Below, piece by piece: positions 1 to 11,171 of a stretch of DNA of 19,265 nucleotides (within the stretch, counting starts at the first letter, position 1; every line of letters begins with the position of its first letter). This DNA comes from Octopus sinensis (lineage: Eukaryota). The stretch covers positions 1 to 19,265 of the forward strand of contig NW_021824274.1 in NCBI RefSeq assembly GCF_006345805.1, written 5' to 3'. The notes beneath the pieces were generated by a model. It had not been told where the DNA came from. It was given only the letters and a program-made list of their open reading frames with translations, and ran no database searches. The translations under genes were made by a program, and so were the position numbers.

Positions 1-69
1 TTAGACAATAAGTTGTATTTTGAACTGAATATAAAGACGATCGTTCCCAACTTCTTACGAAGGGAGTTG

Positions 70-433
70 CGTGTGTGCATATACACACATATACAACCAC
101 ATACATATATGTATGTGGTCATGTATATATGTGTGTGTGTGTGTTTGTGTGTGTATGTGTGTTTATGTGTGTTTGTGTGTGTGTGTGTGTGTGTATGTAT
201 ACATATACATATATTTTTTATCTTTTCCTTGTTTCAGTCATTAGACTGTAGCCATGCTGGAGCACCACCTTGACAATTTTTAGTCGAATGAATCGACCCA
301 AGTATTTTTTAAAGCCTGATACTTTTCCTATCGATCTCTTTTACAGAACCGTTAAGTGTCACTAAGTAAACACACCAACACAGGTTGTCAAACAATGGTA
401 GTGGGACAAAAAGACACAAATATATACACACAT

Positions 434-502
<69 letters not shown>

Positions 503-576
503 CGTACATATAAAATATATAGGTGTATGTGCGTATGTGTGTGAGTGTGTGTGTATATATCTATATATATATGCTT

Positions 577-611
<35 letters not shown>

Positions 612-800
612 ATTTTACATATATATATTTATAATTTTCCTGTTTGTTATTGGAATATTTGAGTAATGTCTCTTTTATTGACTGACTCATAAGAAAATTT
701 TCCTCTCTCCATATACAAACAGACACACACACACACGACATACACACACATACATACACGCTCATACACACACATACACACAATATTTATGTAGTGGGAG
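70..800. repeat. Mixed (TG/CA)n and (TA)n microsatellite region surrounding the SINE fragment
   Basis: Direct observation. Confidence 0.9.
219..420 (-). mobile_element. 3' half of the same SINE family as 13745-14178
   Basis: TTGTTTCAGTCA...GCCATGCTGGAGCACC...GTAAACACACCA...GGTTGTCAA is the reverse complement of 13981-14175. It ends in a CA/TA microsatellite with no tRNA head. Confidence 0.85.
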
Positions 801-2357
801 CATGCATACATGTATGTATAACTGTGTTTTTGCTTATGCATTTATTACTGTATAAATTTCAATCAAAATCGAAGTTTGACACCGGTGTAATTTTCCTCCT
901 AAATTTTCCTCATTATTATTATTTAATTACTATTATCTTTACTGGGAAGGAGTAGCTGTATTTATATATCTTATTTTTTCTTCAAATAAAGTAAATTCTA
1001 TCAAGCTATAAAATTACGTAAAATGGAAAATTCTATGCTTTCGATAACAAAAACGATTCTAACATTTTAAATCAAATTCGTACAAGAAATACATTGCTCC
1101 AATGACGAGACGCTAAGTAACAACACATAAAAAGCAACATCGCCAACGCCAATAAGAAACAGAGAAAAATGGAGAAAAAAATGAACAAGCATTTTTAAAT
1201 GACAAACAAGAAAGCAGAATTTTTAAATTGCTTACACATTTGTTTTTTTCTTCCATATTTTTTCGTTCTTGTTTGCTAATTATGCTGTGAAAAAAATTAT
1301 TCATTCTGAATAAACTTGTTTGTTTTACAGTAGGAGAAAAAAATGGAATTAAAAGTTGTTGTATTATAGAAATTGCAATGTGAATATTTAAAGAATATGA
1401 AAACTAAATCGCAGAAGAAAAAAAAATTGCATAAAAGCTTAGATCGCGCACAGTATGTGTGAGGTTTCAATTTTGATATACATCCGCCTGCCTTTTTTAC
1501 ATCGATTTATGAAATATATACATAATATGATTTCGTTATTGTTCTTACTTTTAATGTTGCCGGTAATGGTGGTGGTGGTGGTTGTGGTGGTGGTTCTTCG
1601 TATTTTGTTTCAGTTTTTGTTATTGTTGTTTTAAGCTAATGCAAAGAAGTTTTTATTTTCTTAAAGGTGTTTTCATTTTTTTTTTCCATCAATTTCCTCT
1701 GGAGAATGAAATCTGAATAGTTGATTGCAAACGAAAGAAAATAATATAGGAAGGAATATTATTACAGTTGTTGTTGTTGTCGTTGTTATTGTTGATTATG
1801 ATGCTGATGTTGATGATGCTGATGAGGTTGTTATCTCTACTCTTTTTTTTTATTTTTAGTAAACAAAGAAACAAACATATGATGGCAAGTGGTTTAGAAA
1901 AAAAAGAACTGCTATGGAAGGGAACAAAATACACGACATACAATTCGTACATAAAACAAAGGACATATAAACCTCACTCAAGTGCAAATCGTAAAAATAA
2001 TACATGCATGAAGTACATACACATCTCTCTCTCTTTCTCCTCTTTCCTCTCACTCTTTGTCTCGCTTTCAAACATGCCACAATTATGCATGCAGTTACAT
2101 ATAAGCACGCCACACGCACTTACACATACAAATCTATATGACAGATATAAAATATATATTATATTATATATGTATATATGTGGGTGTTATATATACGTGT
2201 ACATATGTACCCATATCTGTAACATGTATATATATATATATATATACATAGTGTGTGTTTGTATGTGAGTGTGTGTGTTTGTGTGTATGCACGCACGTGT
2301 GTTTAAATGAATGCGTTTCATGGATGTGTTGTATATATATGTGTGTATATATATAAA

Positions 2358-2396
2358 TAGATAGATAGATAGATAGATAGATTAATAGATAGATAC

Positions 2397-2429
<33 letters not shown>

Positions 2430-2461
2430 GAGATAGAGATAGATATAGAGATAGATAGATA

Positions 2462-2505
<44 letters not shown>

Positions 2506-2551
2506 ATAAATAGATAGATAGATTGATATATAGATAGAAGATAGATAGAGT

Positions 2552-2584
<33 letters not shown>

Positions 2585-2625
2585 CAGACAGACAGACAGA
2601 TAGATAGTAGATAGATAGAAATAAG

Positions 2626-2656
<31 letters not shown>

Positions 2657-2662
2657 AGATAT
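2358..2662. repeat. (GATA)n/(GACA)n tetranucleotide microsatellite
   Basis: About 300 bp of TAGA with a CAGA variant block. Confidence 0.97.
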
Positions 2663-3092
2663 TATATAACAATGAGTAATGTGTGCACATGATGATTATA
2701 ATCAGATATGAATTAGCAAAGAAGAGTTGATTGAAATGTAGACTACAACTCTAGTCAATTTTTTGAAGTAAATGAAACAGAAGAATAAAAAATAGAAACG
2801 AGATGAAAGTTGGATTTTGAGACAGCGAGAAAGAGAGTGAGTAAGCAGGAGAGAGAAAGGAGGAAGAGAGTAAGAAAGAGAGAGGTGTGCCTATTTGAGT
2901 GAAGGATTTTGTATATGTGTGGAGGATTCCGTATGTGTGTGCACATGCGTGTTGTGTGGTAAAAAATGTTAAGTAGGCAATACATGTTGAATGTTGAGAT
3001 GGAATTTGAAGAAAGTGTTTGATGTATTAAGTTAAAAGTATATTGGAAATGTTAAATACAAATCTCTGAAGAAATAATAATTGCTATATGAG

Positions 3093-3102
3093 TAGATAGG
3101 TC

Positions 3103-3138
<36 letters not shown>
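3093..3138. repeat. (GATA)n flanking LINE copy 1
   Basis: Direct observation. Confidence 0.95.
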
Positions 3139-4221
3139 TGTTTCTTTATTAGCCACACAGGGCTGCACACAGATAGAACAATTACAAGGTAGAGCTTTTC
3201 TTTTGAAGGTTTAAAAAAAAAAGGGGGAGTTTCGATCAAAAGGGATCGTAAAAGGAGAGAAAGAGGACAGAAGAAAGGGGGGGTTAAAAAAAAAAAAAAA
3301 AAGGGGAGAGGAAAAAAAAAAAAAATTGATCAAATAGGGATCGTTATCACAAAATGTCAATATGAAGTGTAAAGGGGAGGACAGGTGAGTTTACCCGTGG
3401 AAAGAAAAGCCTACGGAAAAGACCACGGTAACCTCGGTCAATGAAGTCACATTTTATATTTCTTTTTTTTTTTTTTTTTTTTTGCAAATAAGCAACTCTC
3501 TGTTTCGATTTCTGGGTTCATAGGACTATGCTCAAGGTGGCTTCGTCATTCATACGTGCCATTCTTGCTACATTCACACCATCTTTTTTAAAACATTCGC
3601 TAGAGACAAACTTGCCTCTCTACTCTCACTTTCCTTTTCAAGTGGTACTTGAAGAAGTTGATGAGAGATTGACCAGAGAGGAAAGTGTTTGTCTCCAATC
3701 CTTTCAGACGCGTCCACCAGATACATTCTTTTCGCCATAGCCACAAGAAGGATGATGAAAATAGCTCTTCCTTCCCGTTTGAAGGAAGGAGGCGTGACAA
3801 TATTGACGATAGACTCAGCTGAAAACCCGACTCGTCCCACACGTGACAGCAGTTGTTCGACATAAGCCCACAAGTCGGAAATTGTTGGACACTGAACGAG
3901 TGCGTGCAGAACGTTTCGTCGCTCTCACTGCATCTCGGGCAGGTCGGCCCGTGTTTCTCGAGCCGTGTCCTGTAGAGCTTATCCCGAACGGGTAGCGCTT
4001 CTCGGTAGCACTGCCAGGCCAGGGATCTCTGGAAGTTGTCCATGGGCCCTGGCCCGAAAGTCGTCCCGAACAGGCGGGTCAGGTACTCCTCGTCGACGTC
4101 CAGGTTCGCCCCGAGCTCGTCGTCGTACCTCCCCTCCACTAAACCCCTATAGAATGCTTGGTTGTGTTGAAGTCACTTAAGGTCGACCCAGGACGGCAGA
4201 GTTGCTTGAGAGCAACGCGAC
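3139..4221 (-). mobile_element. 5'-truncated L1/Tx1-like non-LTR retrotransposon, copy 1 (ORF2 C-terminus + 3' UTR), inserted in (GATA)n
   Basis: Frameshifted minus-strand ORF pieces read AWQCYREALPVRDKL...CPRC...ET..H...WAYVEQLL...KECIWWTR. The stop codon is at 3518-3520 (ATLSIVL*). A T-rich 3' UTR ends AATAAAGAAACA directly against TATC repeats. The segment is GC-rich against the background and near-identical in its coding part to 4294-5451. Confidence 0.88.
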
Positions 4222-4293
4222 GATAGATAAGATAGATAGATAGATAGATAGATAGATGATAGATAGATAGATAGATAGATTAGATAGATAGAT
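4222..4293. repeat. (GATA)n between the two LINE copies
   Basis: Direct observation. Confidence 0.95.
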
Positions 4294-5451
4294 CAGTTCT
4301 TTATTTGGCCCACAGGGCTGCACACATATGGGACAAGTTACAAGGTTTAGCTTTTCTTTTGGGATGAAAACACAAAAAAGGGGGGGCGTAGGTTTTCGAT
4401 CAAGGGAGGGATCGTAAAAGGGAAAAAAGAACAAAAATAATAAAATAAATAAATAAAATAAAAAATTAAAAAATAAAAATAAATAAAAGAAAAGGAAAGG
4501 AACAAAGAAAAAGAAAATGACAAAAGAAGAAAAAAGGGAAAAAAGGGGGAAGAGGAAAAAAAAAACGATCAATAGGGATCGTGTATCACAGTGTTATGAT
4601 ATATGGTGTAAAGGGGAAAGCAAGTAAGGTTTATCCGTGGGAAGAAAAGCCTACGAAAAAGACCACGGTAACCTTGGTCAATATTTGTTTGCAAGTGAGT
4701 AACCCTCTGTTTTCAATTTCTGGGTTCATAGGATTATGCTCAAGGTGGCTTCGTCATTCATACGTGCCATCCTTGCTACATTCACCCATCTTTTTTTTAA
4801 ACATTCGCTAGACAAAACTTGCCTCTCTACTCTCACTTTCCTTTTCAAGTGTACTTGAAGAAGTTGATGAGAGATTGACCAGAGAGGAAAGTGTTTGTTC
4901 TCCAATCCTTTCAGCGCGCGTCCACCAGATCATTCTTTCGCCATAGCCACAAGATGATGAAAATAGCTCTTCCTTCCCGTTTGAAAGAAGGCGGCGTGAC
5001 AATATTGACGATAGACTCAGCTGATAAACCGACTCGTCCCACACGTGACAGCAGTTGTTCGACATAAGCCCACAGGCCGGAAATTTTTGGACACTGCACG
5101 AGTGCGTGCAGAACGGTTTCGTCGCTCCGACCGCATCTCGGGCAGGTCGGCCCCGTGTTTCTCGAGCCGTGTCTGTAGAGCTTATCCCGAACGGGTAGCG
5201 CTTCTCGGTAGCACTGCCAGGCCAGGGATCTCTGGAAGTTGTCCATGGGCCCTGGCCCGAAAGTCGTCCGGAATAGGCGGGTCAGGTACTCCTCGTCGAC
5301 GTCCAGGTTCGCCCCGAGCTCGTCGTCGTACCTCCCCTCCACTAATCCCCTATAGAATGCTTTGGTTGTTATGAAGTCACTCAAGGTCGACCCAGGACGG
5401 CAGAGTTGCTTGAGAGCAACGCGACACTCGCGGTGCCATTCGCCCTTCCTC
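4294..5451 (-). mobile_element. 5'-truncated L1/Tx1-like non-LTR retrotransposon, copy 2, inserted in (GATA)n
   Basis: ORF 4911-5561 contains CPRCGRSDETVLHALVQC (CX2CX8HX4C, zf-RVT type) preceded by W..YREALPV..L. The stop is at 4726-4728 (ATLSIIL*) after frameshifts. The 3' end AATAAAGAACTG abuts ATCT repeats. TAGA arrays lie on both sides. Confidence 0.9.
4726..5451 (-). pseudogene. LINE ORF2 C-terminal fragment (zf-RVT CCHC domain), frameshifted
   Basis: Reconstructed from ORF 4911-5561 plus downstream frames. The N-terminal YLSI repeats of the listed ORF are only the (TATC)n flank. Confidence 0.85.
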
Positions 5452-5455
5452 AGAT

Positions 5456-5512
<57 letters not shown>

Positions 5513-5528
5513 GATAGATAGATAGATA
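5452..5528. repeat. (GATA)n flanking LINE copy 2
   Basis: Direct observation. Confidence 0.95.
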
Positions 5529-5584
5529 ATCTGCAGTCAGACAGGTGGGTATAAAATTCAATATAGTATTGCTGTTTATTTTCG

Positions 5585-5795
5585 TTTAGTTTTGGTCCTG
5601 AACGAGCAAATATGTGATCAAAAGCACTCTAACTCTGAATATCTTGTCTTCATTCTTTTATTTTTTTGGAGGGGGGGGGTTCCTCCAGACTATATAATGT
5701 AATCTTCTTTTAATAAGGTAGTGTGTGTGATATGAGAAAGACTCACTGTTGCTTTTAGCAGATCAATCAACCACCAAGGAACCTCCTCGTTTGGG
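5585..5795 (+). repeat. Degenerate interspersed repeat, copy A
   Basis: Shares ordered motifs with 9745-9940: TGATCAAAA, TGTGATATGAG, TGCTTTT..GCA and CTCC.C..TTG. Confidence 0.5.
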
Positions 5796-5829
5796 TCTTT
5801 AATAATGTAAAACAACAGTGAGAACATTG

Positions 5830-7700
5830 CTCGGCTTGCTCTCTTCAAATTTTGATCCGTTTTTAGTTCTTAAATGCAACAAATTTTTCTAGCACTGATA
5901 AATTCTTATACCTTTTCACTCTTTTCTTCTTTTTTCTCACGAATTATTTTTCTTTTGTCTTTCACTAATTATTTTAATATTGTGAAACTATCTGATGATA
6001 CTTTTATTTCTCAAAGTCAACGCACGAATGGTGACAAAACTTCTCCTTTGTTTATAGTGAAATTGGTAGTGGTCTGTTTATGAAAGACAGTATTTATTTC
6101 AAAATCCACAAATAATATCATTTTAGCATAGTCGACCAATATAATACACCTTTCAAATTACTCGCCAAAAACAATTAAGAAATTCCACTAGGATCTCTTA
6201 AGACTCATTTGCAAACTGACATACACCATTCGGTGTATTGATACTAAATACTCATTTTGTTGCTTAGGGCAATGCAATTTGACAATATGCATTCTTTGCT
6301 CCATTGAATATAGAATCAATTGTTGGTAAATAGTGAGCGTTTGTGTTGATATTTTCACTTAGATTCGTAAACTGCACATATTCTACGTGACCCAATCTTT
6401 TTTTATCTTACTAACTGGAAAAACCCTCGATTCTTTTCTATTTACGTTGTGATATTACATCAATTTTCTCAAAATTACTCAGAAGTTATCTTGCTATAGT
6501 CAGGTTTCTTACCTGTAACACTAGCTGCATAAATTCTCATTCTGAGGAGACATTGCTAAACTGGCAGACATTGTTCAACGAGTAGATATTGCTTAACTGG
6601 TAGAGGTTGGTAAAATGCCCTTTTATACAAATATCCCCGTTGTAATTTATCCAAAATCATGTGGTGAGCTAGGTATTCCTGCTTCATAACCACGTTATTG
6701 TCTGAAAAATTAGCGATGACCTCTGTACCGTCAATGCTAAACAATCGTAAGTTCTTAAAAGTTTGGGATGGATGAATTCATGTCAAACTCATCTTGTTAA
6801 CAAAGGAACAAGGAGGCTGGTTAAAGTGAACCATTATCTGCTAACATTTAGATTCAAACCTCATTCAATTTGAATTAGATATCTTTAGCATTATCAAGAT
6901 CTATATTGTTGATAATAAGTATAAAGGCTTTGATATATTCATATGAATACAGTGTTTATGTTATTGTATGTAAGCACTAATTGGCAACATTTGGCAAAGT
7001 AAACCGAGCTTTCCACACGCAGGACTCTTTAATCTGAATGCTGAACATTACCTTTGTGTATTCAACCACAATTATTATAGTAATTAATAAGGACGTTGCG
7101 CTTCTGCTAGTTGTTGTGTTTGATATTCCTCTATCGAAGTTTTATAATTGTTAAAATAATTCTTACTAACATAACCATTTATATCATTGATGCTTTTAAG
7201 TTATATTTCAGAGTTGTTAATATTGTTGCTAATTCACCGAATCCCTAAATCTAGACGGTTACAAACGGGACCCAGCACCTTCATTTTCATGTCCCCCATA
7301 CTGCAATTCTGATATGAAAATTGATTTAATTAAACTTCACTCAGTGTTTTTTTTTCTTTCTTTCAAATGATACAAAATAAAATTATGCTTGCTAAGTTAT
7401 TCTGAAAATAAAGTAATTTATTGTCCTCCTTGTTTTGTTGTATGGTTTCTAGTAATTTCAACATGTCAGCTATGCAAATCTTTCAATGAGTTCAAGCAGC
7501 TTCTTCGACGAGGATTTTAAACCTGAATTTATGTAACAGCTTCAGTATTCGCTGGGATAAGCACATCTTTGGTTTATACATTAGCTTCAGCGCTACATAT
7601 ACACTAGATGATAGAGTTTTCATTTTTCTTCGTATGCGACACTTAAAATTATTTTACCAACCATGTTATGGCCTATATTTGGTTACCAGAATGAGTGACT
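5830..7700 (-). mobile_element. Highly degenerate Ty3/Gypsy LTR-retrotransposon internal relic (gag zinc knuckles - protease - RT)
   Basis: Manual minus-strand translation across stops and frameshifts gives motifs in canonical order. Double knuckle NNCG*IHKG-CSAFRLKSPACGKLG-YFAKCC (~7075-6984). Protease-like MLADNGS (6847-6827). RT motifs PVSKIKKD-GSRRICAVY, ENINTNAHYLPTIDSIF, NAYCQIAL, FSINTPNGVCQF, a YxDD remnant VDY..NDIICG (~6136-6105) and TVFHKQTTTNFTINKG. The outer boundaries are approximate. Confidence 0.78.
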
Positions 7701-9458
7701 TTGTCTAGGTTTTTTCCATACAATAGGAAATATTAGCCTGATTTTTGTAGCAAATAAGCAATTAAATGTTATATGTTGGCGCGGAAGCCACTTATTTTCT
7801 TTTTATGGTTTAGGGACTCAAGAGGTCGTGTATACCCCTTTGGACCATCATAGATAACATCCACAGAACTTCGAAGGTTCTGGAATGGCAGAGTAAAAAT
7901 ACAAGCTTATCAAGGCCCGTATTTCGTAATGACTTGTCAACGAAACGATCATGAAACAAAAAGAAAAAAAGAAGAAAAAAAATAGGAAAAAAACAGTAAC
8001 AGTAATAACAAGTCCCCAGAAGTGATATTACTTTTCAGACGACATGAAGTGATTTATTACAGCAATCATGATAATACTGTTCGCGATATTAGAGACGAAA
8101 GTGAAAATAAATAGCCTCACTTAGAAATCGAAACCTGTTCGCTAATTCAGAAAGTTACTGAACAACACTTGATGTACAGTAAACACTATTGCATTATTCA
8201 TATGAATGATATTAGCAGTTTAGCTACAAGCCATCCCTTCAATTTGAGTGGCAACACGTACTTTTTCTTCTTCCTATTGTTTTTGCTGATATTTTTTGTT
8301 TTTGTGTTTTGTTTTTTTTTTCCTTTGTTTCTGTTGCTATACTATTTTTACTCTGCTTTTGGCCGTTGCTGTTTACCGCTTATTTGTTTATTTATTGGTT
8401 TGTTTATTTATATATATTTTCCTCTGTTGTTTGTAGTTATTCGCTTTTATTCATCAAAGCCAATTTTCATTACATTAGATGTACGTTTATCAATAACTGC
8501 CTGAAACGTAGTACTGATAAACTACTGACGAAAGCCCCCTGATGTATTCGAAACAACTTTCGCACATTGGCTGTTATACATAACAATATGCAGCAGCCGC
8601 CTCTACAAGATACGATATGCCGCAAAAAATTGGGAATATATATATGGAGGATGGGGTAGCGGAGATGTTGATAGAGGGGTAGCGGCGGCAGCAGCAGTGG
8701 TAGTGGTGGTGGTTTAAATGATGTAGGTATGTGTTGGGATAAGCTGGGTAAGGAAATTGAACCAACAGAGATGCAAATTATACGAAAATTTCTGTGCTAT
8801 CGGAATTGAAACAACACACTCGTTATAGATTCAGATTGACAGCATAATCGCTTAAATATATTCCAAATAGTTAATTATCTTTTATCATCAAAGGGGAAAA
8901 AGCGAATCAAGAAGGTCCCTATACAATAAGATAGATTCATACGGCATTCTGTGATAGAAAGATAGACACATAAACAGACGAAAAGACGAACAGACAAAAC
9001 AGAAGGAGAGAGAAGCAGGGAGTGTAGACTGATAGAGGGAAAATGTCGATAGATGGCGCTGTTCCAGAAAGCTGGATAGAAGCCAAAACTTTCTGAATTT
9101 TACCATTGAGATAGGAGTTATTGTTCCCTCATAACCAATCATTATAAAAATATGCTGTAAACGTCTCACTGAAGCTCGTAGGTCATATGATTCACATTTG
9201 TTGTTAGTTTGATTTATGTGTTCAAAATGGAAGCCCGGATAAACCAATAGCTCCCTTCATTTGTTTTCTTTAATTTTTTTTTTTACTATTTTCGTTATTT
9301 TTTTTTAATTCATGCTCGTAAAGGTTAGTGTGGGTGATGAATTTAAGTTGAAATAAAACCCAGAGCGTCCGTGTTTATTTATTTAACTTACTAGGACACC
9401 GCTACTAAAGTTTAAAGCTTAATTTGGCCATTAAGATTACGTATCTTCGGGATGCTTT

Positions 9459-9553
9459 TGGTGGTGGTGGTTGTGGTGGTGGTGGTGGTGGTGGTGTGGT
9501 AGTGGTGGTGGTGGTGGTGGTGGTGATGATGGTGGTGGTCGTGTGGTGGTGGT
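9459..9553. repeat. (GGT)n trinucleotide repeat
   Basis: Direct observation. Confidence 0.95.
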
Positions 9554-9744
9554 GTTTTATTTCTTTATCGAATTTTAATATTTCTACAATACAAATTAGT
9601 GATTAGGGATTAAATTAGCACTGTAGTTTAATGGTTGTTTTTAAAGTAGTACAGATCAGTGTTTGTTTCTGCTATTGGTGTTATAGAATTTGTTGTTGTT
9701 GTCGTTGTTGTTACTTACTGCTGCTGCTGCTGCTACTGCTGTTT

Positions 9745-9940
9745 GGCACCCGGTCAATCCCGATCCAGTAAACCTATGATCAAAAACCGTTGTAGACATT
9801 TTGCTTTCAAACCCAATATACCAACGATTACATTATTTAATGTGTCCCCTTCCTTACCTTTAAGAGTGTAGAATGTGATATGAGGGGAATTTGGATGCTT
9901 TTTCTTGCAAGTAGACTCAACAAAGAGAAGCTCCCGCATT
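9745..9940 (+). repeat. Degenerate interspersed repeat, copy B
   Basis: Same ordered motifs and similar spacing as 5585-5795. Confidence 0.5.
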
Positions 9941-10088
9941 GTCTCGTCTACAGAATAGTTTAGTTCTTTTATAAAACAATGTATCCGATTTCAGAACGGT
10001 CGCATATTAGCATTTCTAGAATGAGAACGAATGAGAATGAAACCTAAGACAAAACACGTTATCCATTTATAACATAAAACATCTTATA

Positions 10089-10312
10089 CAGTAATCTCTC
10101 GCCACATCGCGGTTCACATATCGCTGTTTATTATTTAAGCTCGCGTCGATTCCTCCGTGGTGTTTTTTTGCATTTATAATAAAATAAATATATACAAATA
10201 ATAAAAATAATTTTAAAAATATACATAGTACAGTACTGTTTCTACTTCACGAATTTTCACCTATCGCTGGGGGTTTTGGAACGTAACACACACAATAGTT
10301 GAGGGATTCTTG
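10089..10312. mobile_element. Tc1/mariner (pogo/Tigger-like) MITE, 224 bp
   Basis: TA|CAGTAATCTCTCG ... TGAGGGATTCTTG|TA. Imperfect 13-bp TIRs (9/13 match), a TA target duplication, a subterminal GGAACGTAAC motif and an AT-rich centre. Confidence 0.7.
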
Positions 10313-10438
10313 TACATATATCATGATATAATTTTGAATACTTAGGGCACTTGTTCAGTTTAGGGCATGTTAAATTTTAAATTTTCACCCATTCCATCCA
10401 TCTTCGCCGCCCACTATCTCTGGGAGATGCACTGGGAT

Positions 10439-10556
10439 CAGGAGTCCTCAACCTTTAATATTATTATTAGTAATATTTTTATTTTTTATTTTTTTTTTGT
10501 CAATTGACCCCTGATAACTATCTTATTCTGGTGGACCCTCAGCCATTCGATGTTGT
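10439..10556 (+). mobile_element. hAT (Charlie/MER5-like) MITE left-end fragment
   Basis: Begins CAGGAGTCCTCAACCTTT (hAT-type terminus), followed by repeated GACCC subterminal motifs. No right TIR found. Confidence 0.4.
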
Positions 10557-11084
10557 ACCGGAATTATGACCTCTTAATGAAAAGTAACGGCTCGACCTAG
10601 AGAGATTTCCTGATCTCCGAGCCATGCGCTTTGTCCAATAATGTTGCTCTAGAGAACTTTCGGAAGAACCCATTTTGGCTGCTTATACTTACGATCGCAC
10701 TCTTTCGTTTATTTGCCAGTGTTCATGACCATAACCCAATCTAGGGTCGGGCGACCATTGATTTGCAACAATCGACAGCTCAACGCATGGCTCACAAAGA
10801 TATACTTTTTCTGGGTACCTTTCGAAAACTCGGCGGCAGGAGGTGGGGGGAGTAAAAAATCTAAAAATATTTTGGAGGGTTCCAGATTTCAGATTTTCGT
10901 ACAAAGGATTATGAAATGCGTTTCTGTTTTTAGCAATTGTTTCCTAAAATTCTTGATGTGAAATTTTGTGTTGAGACAGATATTGCATACTGAGCGAAAT
11001 AAATACGAGGGGAATTTTAGCAAATCAGCAAAATAAGAATTAAGATAAATATAATTATTAAAATTATTTCTAGTTTAGGCTCCA

Positions 11085-11170
11085 ACACTAAACTGATGAC
11101 TTAATTTATCGACCTCAAAGGGATGAAATGCAAATTTGATTACGGCAGGATTTGAAAAGAGAACGTAAAA
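11085..11170 (-). mobile_element. Degenerate SINE central-domain fragment
   Basis: The minus strand reads TTCAAATCCTGCCG (B-box-like end) then TTTGCATTTCATCCCTTTGAGGTCGATAAATTAAGT, resembling a conserved SINE core motif (recalled, not searched). Confidence 0.5.
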
Positions 11171-11171
11171 A

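Noticed and set aside
13-2690. Many ORFs rich in YI/CV/HT/YLSI and poly-L/M runs
   Set aside because: They are translations of di-, tri- and tetranucleotide microsatellites, with no domain content.
3518-5000. Frameshifts in the LINE copies as programmed recoding
   Set aside because: The indels differ between the two copies and are scattered, consistent with decay or long-read consensus errors.
5045-5374. Plus-strand Arg/Pro-rich ORFs (also 3965-4180)
   Set aside because: Antisense shadows of the GC-rich LINE ORF2.
3093-5528. CRISPR-like repeat-spacer arrangement
   Set aside because: The 'repeats' are variable-length microsatellites and the 'spacers' are homologous 1.1-kb LINE fragments. 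There are no cas genes and the context is eukaryotic.
8038-8114. Possible terminal exon RHEVIYYSNHDNTVRDIRDESENK*
   Set aside because: Short pyrimidine tract, no homology cue and no supporting upstream exon.
8500-8560. Hammerhead-like CTGACGA...GAAA
   Set aside because: No convincing stem II, and no NUH triplet positioned next to stem I.
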